Assembly: GCA_000934665.2 (NCBI GenBank)
Contig: JYFJ02003244.1
Coordinates: 1-44,770, forward strand
Length of the DNA: 44,770 nt
Reading direction: 5' to 3'
From: Catajapyx aquilonaris
Taxonomy: Eukaryota
The notes under the pieces are model-generated. The model was not told where the DNA came from. It ran no database searches and saw only the letters and a list, made by a program, of their open reading frames with translations. Both the position numbers and the translations under genes were made by a program. Below, piece by piece: positions 1 to 9,441 of the stretch; the stretch's first letter is position 1; every line of letters starts with the position of its first letter.

Positions 1-1044
1 AAAAAAAAAAAGCCTAACTCAATATTTGCGATCGCACGTGCCTTAAAAAATTGCATTTTTGCCCCCGTAGAATTTGCAAAAATTTGGCACTAATCTTGCA
101 CAAAAAAATATATAAGCAGTGACAGAATTTGACACAGCAATATGCTTGGTTCCCGGTGCAAAAAAAAATGCAAAAAAAAACAACTCATGTGCATGAAAAT
201 ATGTGCATGTTCCGATCTATTATATTATAATCGAACACCTGGATTGTGTCGAATGAAAAATGCTGACAGCCCAATACCCGGTTCATTATTCGCCAAAAAC
301 CCTGCCGCATATTTTACAAAAGAAAATGGCTGCGGGCACCACCTCCATAAAAATGAGTGTCAATTCGGGGGAAACAACTTCCCCCCCCCCCCCCAAAAAA
401 AAAAATCCCCGTGTATCCTGCCCCCCCTTTACCAAAAAAAAAGGGTGCCCCCGCAATCCTCGATGCTCATTTGTCACCTCCTCCCACCATTAAAAAAAAC
501 CCTCCCCAACAAAAGAATGTTTGATTTTGGCAACTCTTCCCTCCCCCAACGTATGACAGGCAGGTGACAGGAGTGTTCGGCCCCGAGTTTTAGCATTGCA
601 ACTCACCTGCCCCGGTTGTCATGGAGTTTGCGGGCGGTTTTACAAAAAAAATGGCAGCGTCGTGGTGTCTTGCGTGGGAGGCAGGCGGGCGGGCAGGCAG
701 GTGGGGGGAGGGGATGCCGGGTCGGGGGGCGCCGCCTCGTCGCGACGCGCTTCCTTCGAAAGAGTCGCCCTTCTTTATGCCCGACAGTCCAACATGGCCG
801 CCTTTGTGTTCCACTCCTCCCTCCCCCTCCCCTGCCCTCTTCTGTCCCTCTTCTGTCCCTCGCTGCTTGGACGGTGCTGCCACCTGGCGAGAGCGCCCTG
901 GTGACAAAGGCTGCGAACTAACAAGGACATCTAGCGGATACCGTCGTAATCGTGCTCGTAATCATTAAAATTGCGAGCACAAGTACGCAAAATCGCGCCT
1001 GTGTCGTATTTAACTACACTCTACTCCCGATTATCCGTGCTAAT

Positions 1045-1290
1045 GGGCGGAACAGTGGTGTAGTGGTTAGCGCCACAGCCTTCCGCCTCTGAAGTCCCGA
1101 GTTCGAGCCCCGGGTCGGACAGAATGTGGATAGACGATAGGATGTCGATGGGTTCTCTCCGTGTTCGCGTGGGTTTTCGCGCCCTCCACTATCCCGTTTC
1201 CTCCCACAATCAAATCCCATCGCAGAACAGGCAATGAGATGGTGTACCCTGAAAATCCTAGGCACCGCAAAAATGAGCCATTCACAGGCT
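1045..1290 (+). mobile_element. tRNA-derived SINE with V-SINE-like core
   Basis: Seen: Pol III A box TGGTGTAGTGG (1056-1066) and B box GAGTTCGAGCCC (1099-1110) in a degenerate tRNA-like head, followed by CTCTCCGTGTTCGCGTGGGTTTTC...GTTTCCTCCCACA. From memory this resembles the V-SINE central domain. The 3' end is approximate and I found no TSD. Confidence 0.7.
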
Positions 1291-1311
1291 TTAAATGAAC
1301 TACTGCACGGT

Positions 1312-1425
1312 CACTTCCAGGAGTAATAAGGTAGGAGACCTGAAGCTCAAACTAGCCTCCAAGAGATGCGCTACTATCTTTTCCTCAGTTTGAGCTTCAA
1401 GTCTGCTAACTTGCTCCTACAAGTG
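1312..1425. repeat. Imperfect ~40-bp inverted repeat (small MITE-like hairpin)
   Basis: Left arm CACTTCCAGGAG...GTAGGAGACCTGAAGCTCAAACT matches the reverse complement of the right arm AGTTTGAGCTTCAAGTCTGCTAACTTGCTCCTACAAGTG. Confidence 0.65.
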
Positions 1426-1703
1426 TATGCTGCTTTAAATAAGGTTTAATAAAAAATAATGAAACTTACCATAAATATTTAGTGTGATTTCCGGAAAAGA
1501 TATACAAAGGTAGAGAAAACGCGTTATGAAAGGCACGTAATGAAAAATATCCTTCTGATTTAAGTGTCGTAGCAACAGTGTTTATATCGTGTCACCCCGC
1601 CTGGTTCGAATGAACCGGCGGGATGGGAGCAGACGACGCGAGTGGTTCAGCCGAATGGCGGCGTGAGGCGCCACTGTTCCGAGGAAGGACGGCCTCTTCC
1701 AAA

Positions 1704-3539
1704 ATGGCGGTCGCCTTGACGAAGGGATCAGGAGCGATGAGCGGCTCGGCGCCTCCCAAGTCCGAAGATCTGTACGGGGAGAAGTGGGACCGCTGCCTCA
1801 CCGACACACTCATCAAGTGCGGTCAGTAACGCGGGGGAGGGAGGCTGCAATGGATCATTCCCCGCACTCCTTTAGTTTGCTTCCGTTCTTTTTTTCCCCC
1901 CGTTGCGGTGTCCGGTCGTTCCATTTTTGATCGTGACTGTAATATCGAACAATCTTGGCAAGGCGGGACGTGTGAGAAATAATCCGACCTCTGGGGTGAG
2001 GTGCTAGTTGTAGCTCTGCTGGTACCTGTGCTAGGTTATTGCCTTGAGCTATCCGAGGAATTTAATTATGGAATGAGATTGTTCCTAGCGAAGAAGAATC
2101 CAATCAGAGAATGCAATATTCATAGTTTCTGGCATATTCTAGCAGTGGCATGCAGAGAGCATAATGTACAAATCAATGTTATGCAATTGAGCTGTAACAC
2201 AAATGTAATAACCCATCTGGGTTGCATCGAATTATTATATTTCTTGGTCAACTGCATCTCGCTGGAAAAGAGTCCATAGGCACTAACTTCTGTGTCACAA
2301 TGCTTCAACCAGAGACTGGAACAGAATTAAATTGGCCAATGAGTCACCAAAATCAGCAATGGAAGTAACCGTGAAGCGCCTGTCATGTTGGTACTGTTCT
2401 CTGGCTGAATGAATTCCACAAGCAAATACTTATCAACACCAAAACATGTGTGAGATTATATTTTCATGAATTGAAAATAATGATTTCAGTCTTAAGATTT
2501 TGAGGCATACGCAGTACTTGATATGAGAGCCATAATAAAATGATTTACAATTTTTTTTTTGCCACAAATACAGTTCCCATGCAGGTCGGCAGATAGTGAC
2601 ACATTGTAGAGTCCTCCTGGAGCCAAATACCAGAGATTTGTCAACCACTCCAGGCCCTCCAGGAACCACTTTTTGGAGGTGCGACATTCCCACTACCGGA
2701 CAATTGCTCACAGTCAACACCTGTAAACAATGTCCTTGAAATGGTGTCGGCGAAGGGTTTTTTTCCTGGATCTGGGTTTGGGTGCTTCCACACCCGCTGT
2801 ACTCACCTGACGTGGCACGCAGTACAGTAACAGTCTCCTGTTCAGAGGCATGAGAAAAAACCCTTTGCCGGTGCCATGTCGAGGACTTTGTTAACTGTAA
2901 GCAGTTGTCTGGGAGTGGGTGCGCCGGACCTCCAAAAAGTTGTTCCTGGAGGACACAGGTTCCACACCCATGACTCCTGCATATTCAGCTCCAGGAGGAT
3001 TGTATCGATAATCTGTGCAGATCTGCCAACCTGTACGGGCACTGTGTTTGTGGCATTGTAAATCATTTTAGTACAGCCGTCGTACATATCCTTCAATCGA
3101 TAGTATCAGCTGCAACAACAACACTGATGATGATGATTATTCACACAGTGAATGTTACTGGGATTAAATTATGTCCCCCNCCCCCCCCCCCCCATTGTGT
3201 AAATCTGTCAATCTAATTCTGACCTTTGAAAATACTCCAATCATGCACTTGCATATATTGCTAAATTCAGTTGTTCATTTACTTATTATGTTTTGTTTTT
3301 CTCCAGGGTCTGGCCTACTGGTGGGCTCCATCTTCTCCTTGACTCTATTCAGACGTGAGTATAAGAAAAAAAATACCTTCACTGTCATTACAATTATCTT
3401 GTTGCCAGGTCGCCGCTGGCCAGTCATTTTTGGCTTTGGAGTGGGGTCTGGGATGGGCCTGTCCAACTGCCGATTTTCTTTCAACGAGCCCTTCATGGTT
3501 CCGGCTGAGAAGGTCAAAGTGAAGACGTGCGATAAGTGA
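1704..3539 (+). CDS. MICOS10: MICOS complex subunit MIC10 (98 aa, 3 exons)
   Basis: Exons 1704-1821, 3307-3354 and 3409-3539 (GT-AG, 297 nt). The product ...SEDLYGEKWDRCLTDTLIKCGSGLLVGSIFSLTLFRRRRWPVIFGFGVGSGMGLSNC... has the KWDRC motif, two Gly-rich TM segments and the basic loop of Mic10. An alternative ATG lies 33 nt downstream. Confidence 0.95.
2536..3070. mobile_element. Foldback/MITE-like element with ~230-bp inverted arms in MICOS10 intron 1
   Basis: Termini TAAAATGATTTACAAT (2536-2551) and ATTGTAAATCATTTTA (3055-3070) are exact reverse complements. Arms ~2561-2773 and ~2843-3054 align in inverted orientation (e.g. CCTCCAGGAACCACTTTTTGGAGGT vs ACCTCCAAAAAGTTGTTCCTGGAGG) around a ~70-bp spacer. 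Confidence 0.85.
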
Positions 3540-3946
3540 AGACTTTTGGCCAGTCAACCTCTTCTGATGCCTGCCCCATCATCACATCCTCCCATAGCTT
3601 CCCCCCATACTATGTATGGTTGTAGTCATTGCTAAGCTAAAAAGAAAACTGAGTGAGATGCCAGGGAGAGGTTTGTTAATATGTTTAGATGTAATAATAT
3701 AAAGTGGAAAGAACAAGCCTTTTTATTGACATGCTTTTGTGGGGGATCTTACAGTGCATTGGTAATAATAAACAATAATGTTAACCAGCTGCCTATTTAA
3801 GTATAGAGAGAGAGACAGAGATTCAATATGTAACATTTTGTATATGTGTATATTGTGTCAACTTGAAGATTTCTGCCTTGGTGGCTGCCTGAGACCAGCC
3901 ACTATATATTTTTTTCATCTTGGTACGTATTCAGATATGATTTGCC

Positions 3947-6900
3947 TCACTTGATAGGAAAGTCTGGCCAATAATTGATGTGGTAGCGACGTGTGGATCC
4001 CTCAAAAAGGCGATCCATCCAGTTGGGCAGCCCGTCCAGCAGGTGCTCTTGGAACAGGATGCCTGCACTCTCAGAGGAGTCAGCCTGTCCAACGAGAGAA
4101 AATGTTGGTTACAAGATGTGCTGCTCTAACAAGTGCTAATAGGCAATAGAAGTACAGTCTGTGTGCTATTAACCGGGATAAAATGCAGGGAAAAAGAAAT
4201 AACCCTCACCTGCTTCCACCTCGAACGTATAAGTAAACAAAAAGTTACCCAAGTGGCTATGCTGCCCAGGATGGCAGTCTAGGGACCTTAGTTGAAGTCA
4301 TAAAGAATGGCCAAGAAAATCTTAGTTTAGAGGTGAAACATGCCAAGAGACATGTTAATTTCTTCTGTGAATCGTCTACTAGTAGCTATCAAAGAATTTT
4401 TGCACTGAATTAACGGTATAATTATGATGAAATGGAAAGGTTTCATCACTGGGCACACACACACACCAGTTCATTTTGTTATTCGTTGAATTCACTGATC
4501 GTACCTCCCACTGAAGTTAGCGGATGTGACTGTTCTTGTCTCATTGGATGCAGTTCACAGAAAATGGATGGCCAGTATTAAATTCTACTGATATTGCACC
4601 TACTAATCATTCAGGGGAGAATGAGATAAATCAACAAGATCAAAGGTCGCCTACTCTGATGTGAGATTATTAAAAACAGGCCAACTTACACTCAACCTCT
4701 CCTTCTCTCCAAGTCGAGCCCTTCGTCCACTCTCAACATCAGAACACTCAGAGTCTGACTCGCTTGTGCTTTCAAATCCCATGAAGGCACCCCCGCTCAT
4801 CTCCTGCATCTCGTTTGGGTCACCTCCAGCTGCTTGCTTGACCCCTCCACTGACCCTCTGCCTCACCCCACCATTTACTCCACCCAAAACACCGCCTCCT
4901 CTCAATCCCATCTGGGGCACTTGTTGAGAGACCCTTGTGACCCTCCGCTTTGCCCTTCGACCTACCGTTGCCCCTTCTGGGTGCTTAGCATGGAACATAC
5001 AGAAATATTTGCGGTGGCCATTGAGTGACAACACCGTTCCTACGCAATTCCTGGGATTGATCTGGAGTGGTCTCGGCTCCGGAAGGCTTAATTGCAGTAA
5101 GGAGCGGTACCACTCTAGACCACGCTCAAGCTGCATAAATCCAAACATGAGCGAGCGGTTCTTGCGGAATGGCCAGCAGGCAGCGTGGAAGGGTGGGATT
5201 AGAGCTGAGCGGGAGGAAGAATCAACCAGTAGAACCAGTGTACGACAGCCTGGTTTCAAAAGACGGATCATCCCATTGTATGTCTCGCCTCGAAGCTCAT
5301 GCAGTTTAAGCTGTGGGCCAGGGTCGGGCTTTTTTGGAGGAGCAGTGCCTGGGATTGGACGACCTTCACGCCGGTACTTCTCTTGGATGCTTTCCTCCTC
5401 CAATTTGCTGAGGGAATGAACAAAGAGAAGTGTCATTGCTTCGGTTGTAATACCTATTTCACTAATTAATGCAGCTAATTATTACAATGCAGTTAAAAGT
5501 GATGCCTTCACTGATAAAATCAAAATTCTGTAACTTCCAACATATTAAGAAACTCACACTAGGTAAGACATGATGTACCCTCCAGCAGCCACAAAGAGAA
5601 CTGTGACAACAACAGAGAGGGCAGGCACTACCTCCTGCTTGCTCAGCTTCTCTTGCAAGAATTCCAAGATGGTCACCAGGCGTTGGAGGATGCGTGTGAG
5701 GAGACCCTGGGCATGCTCATCTAGAAGTTCCTGTCACAGGAAAAATAAACATGAATATCACTATGTGGCATACTTTTTTGGGCATGAGCAATGCCACCTG
5801 CATCCAGTCACAGCCCTACACCAACAAGTACCTTGACAAGTGTTTCATGAGAAAGCATGGCATTAGAGGTGACCAAACGATGTAGGGTGGCTGTCAGCTG
5901 TTGACGTGTCCTATTCCACTGCTGTGGTCCTACCCTCCATCCACCAGGGAGACCCTCAAACTTCAGGTGCTGCTGATCTTTCCGCCACAGGATGACAAGC
6001 CATGGGGGCTGAGGATCCTCATCTACCTTTTCATCTTCCTCTCCACCAATAGCCCTTTGTCGTGTTTCTGCCCCTCCTCTAACCAATGCCCTGATGAACT
6101 CCTCCTGGCGTTCTCGGAAGACATATGCAAACCTCACTCTTTCTGGGCTGTATCCAGAGTCACGAGCAAATTCTCGTAGAGCCTGGCGGTATATGTCATG
6201 GTTTGGACTATCCACAGAAACCAGGACGACGCAAAGCCTTCGCCTTGGTCGTGAAGCTTCAGGTGGACACAGCAAGTCAAAGACACGCTGGGAGCTCAAC
6301 CTAGGTAATTCCAAGAACTGGTTTGTCTCAACTACCTGCCTCAATGCCTCAACAGGGACTTCAGGCATAGACAGGCTTGCAACTGGACGTCGCACATCTT
6401 CTTTGAACACAAGGACTGTGTCCACTTTCCCCTCATCAGTTGCAGACAGTCCAACGCGCTCCCAGACAGCATCGGACTGAGGGGTACCAACCTGCACATA
6501 CCCAAAGGCTGCCCGTTCCCGGAAATGGTATGCAGCTAGGAGGTAGCGCAAACGGACTATTGGTGCCCTAGCTAGGACTAGCACTCGAACTCGATTGTCT
6601 TTCCATCCTCCCAGGAAGGCCTCAAGATTTGGGAGGTCACCCACATGGGTTACAAGGCCGCTCGGGAGCTTATTGCGGATGAATTCTGGAAGGAAGGTAG
6701 GCACCACAATTAGGGCACAAATCTTGTATGAGATCTGCTCTTATTTTTGTTCTGTTAATAGAGAAGAGGAGAGTTCGGTATGTCACACAAACTCCATGCC
6801 ATCAAATCAGATGACTTACCTACAAGCTTAACAGTATTAAAGACGTTCTCAAGGTATGGCATGGCCTTCCCATCAAGAACTAATACAAGATGTGGTAGGG

Positions 6901-9170
6901 AGGTGACCCCAAGCCTCTTGGCTAGCACTGGCTCATGCTGTGCATGAGCTGTGGCTACCCCAACTCCAACTGGTTCCAGTTCCTCCACTGCTCTTCTCCA
7001 TGCAGGTTCCAGCTGCACACACGCACTGCACCAATCTGCATAGAACAACACCAAGTATGGCTGGCCTTGGCTTTTTGGAACCACTGTTGTCTCATAAGCC
7101 CTGAAAAGAATACGGAAAAACTGTACTATTTCCAATAGTAAAACGTGCAATATGAGTAAAATATGCAATCCACTCGTGGGTGCGGAAGGACAAATTAAGT
7201 GTTACCAGAGGGAAGTAGGTCGATCCAGCATCACTATATGTTAATGAAGAGAAATATAAGGCACTAGTTCTGTATCGCTGCTGTAAAATTGCTGAGTGAG
7301 TGCTCAACACGAGACTGACCTAGCATACCCGTCTCTCCATTGTCGTTATACTATAGGCTATTGTTGGTGCGTGTCATTGATGCATTTTGCTGTGGGAAGG
7401 TTTGATTTCAACGCCTCAAAATTTAAACAATGTCACTTCTGCAGGGGTAGTAGCCAGGTCAGTCACATGGAATCATATTACAGATCATACTAACCTACAG
7501 GGAGAAAATAATATCAGAATATGACTTACAGTATACATTTTTCGGATGGATAAAAATCATGGATGGAAGGGTGTTGCAATGATCTTAAACTCACTTGATG
7601 GTGATGCTTTGCTTCCTGAACACTGACCCATCTGGGCCTCCAAACCGGAACCGGAAGCCACCTCCAGAGCCAGCACTTCCACCACCTGATCCGCCTCCAG
7701 GGCCAAACCCAAACAGATCGTCCCATTGTGGCTCAAAGCGGCCATACTGGCTGTAGTCATGGCCCTGATGGAAGTTGGGGGTGTCTTCTGTCACACCATG
7801 ATGATCATACTGCCTGCGGCGCTCTGGGTCACTCAGCAACTGTAAATGTACCTTGTGATTTTAGTGGGCCAAAAATTGGGACTGAAACCGATTTCACAGC
7901 AATGGTAATAATGGCTGGCTTCCTCAAGTACTTTTACACAAGTCTAATACTGTGGAAATACCCCATGGAACCAGTTGTTTAAAAAGAAGGTGATTCACCT
8001 CATAAGCCTTGTTGATTTCCACGAACTTGGCCTCGGCTGCTGGGTCATCATTCTTGTCAGGGTGCCTTGGAGGTAAATAAAGAGGAGGAAGCAAAATGAT
8101 TGTATGCCCTGCATTAAATTTGCAAACAATGGTTGCCCATATAAAGATTGTGGACTTTTCTGGTTGGGAAACAAGCCAAGGTGGAAACAGGAAGTTGCCA
8201 AAAAGGTTATGTGCATTAGGAAGAGTCATGCTGCAATATTCCTGTTGAACATCTGGCCGGTACCTTACATTTTTAGAGTCGGAAACTAATGAAACATCCC
8301 CCTTCCAGAGAAGAAATGTTGTAAGTCTTTCAAGATTCACAGTTAACAATATTCTTGAATTAAGCCGTGAATTAGTGCTACGAAAAGTTGCAAGAAGAGC
8401 AGAGTCTAATTAAATTCAATTATGCTTAATACATATCAAATTTCATGATTGGTCTTGTTATTCCATTGTTATACCTTCATTGCTGTATTAAGACAGAGAC
8501 ACAGGGATAAGCCACTTATGCACAATCACAAACTGCTCAAAAATTCAGTCCTTAATTGGCTTTTAACCAGCAAATAGCATTTAGATTATATCACTTTGAT
8601 ATATATGTGGCCGCAGTGCAGGTATTGTCCCTACGGGCTGCGTGGTCAGAAGGAGTTTGAGAACGCAACTACGTTAGGCATATTGCAGTGCATGTTGTCA
8701 GTCCCTCCCTGATAATATCATCAATATCCAAGTCACTGCCAGTGTAATTTATTCATGGCATAAAAGGGATCAAATTCTGCAATGCAATGCTGCTTTCATT
8801 TCGCAATATTCAAACGGCCATGGGAATTCCCTGCATTCGCCCAACCTGAGTGCCGCATGTGTCAATTGGGCTAATTCGAACTGGTGCATTATATCCGGTA
8901 AATTCCTGTACAAAATATAGGGCGTTGCGGCTACCACCAGGTGTCAGCATCTGCCCCACCACCACCCCCCCTCCCAAATTCACAGCAGAAATGGAACAAG
9001 GAGGGGATCCCTCACCACTCCCTGGCCAGCTGTTTGTAGGCCTTCTTGATCTCTGTGATGGAAGCGGACCTTGCGACGCCCAGCACCTCGTACGGGTTGC
9101 CCAGCAGGAGGTGGGAGGTCGGGGAGACGCTCAGGAGAAGGAACACCACGGGCAGCAGCAGCGCCGCCAT
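3947..9170 (-). CDS. DNAJC16: DnaJ homolog subfamily C member 16 (J domain + thioredoxin-like + TM; ~876 aa, 8 exons)
   Basis: Exons 9170-9016, 8065-7999, 7839-7595, 7100-6820, 6685-5832, 5730-5558, 5407-4690 and 4084-3947 (2631 nt, frame consistent). Encodes a signal peptide, NPYEVLGV...AREW-HPD J domain, WCSAC thioredoxin motif, a TM helix, ELRGETYNG and the C-terminal WMDRLFEGSTRRYHINYWP typical of the family. Confidence 0.95.
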
Positions 9171-9441
9171 CTTTGCCTCCAAAGACCGACGCTCCCGACG
9201 CCCAAGACGCCCCTGCTCCCCTCCCCTACTACAGCTGATCGATGGCAGCACCGCACCCCCCTACCGTCGGTCGGCGCATGGCTTCGGAGCTGGGCAAGTG
9301 GGTCAAGGACACACGGAATTTGAAGAGAAAAAAAAAGAGGGGAAGATTGATGGCCATTTCCTCCCGAGATAAAGAGGAAGCGGATATAAAGGTACTGTCC
9401 AATGATTTGCAAAAGTTGACCGGTCGGGATTCTTATGTGGA
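9171..9441. promoter_or_regulatory. Probable bidirectional promoter (DNAJC16 / CAT-like)
   Basis: Only 271 bp separate the head-to-head start codons. The region is GC/CpG-rich, and a YY1-like AAGATGGCGGC overlaps the DNAJC16 ATG. Confidence 0.6.

Noticed and set aside
142..567. 141-aa ORF
   Set aside because: Composed largely of homopolymer tracts and does not look like a protein.
3175..3193. Poly-C run containing an N at 3180
   Set aside because: Homopolymer assembly ambiguity with no biological signal.
4205..4230. Possible 10-nt DNAJC16 micro-exon with a CAG|gtgag donor
   Set aside because: The acceptor (cgag) is poor and it would need a weak alternative upstream donor; the direct 4690 to 4084 splice is already in frame.
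8600..8672. hAT-like terminal sequence GAGTTTGAGAACGC in DNAJC16 intron 1
   Set aside because: I found no matching opposite terminus or TSD.
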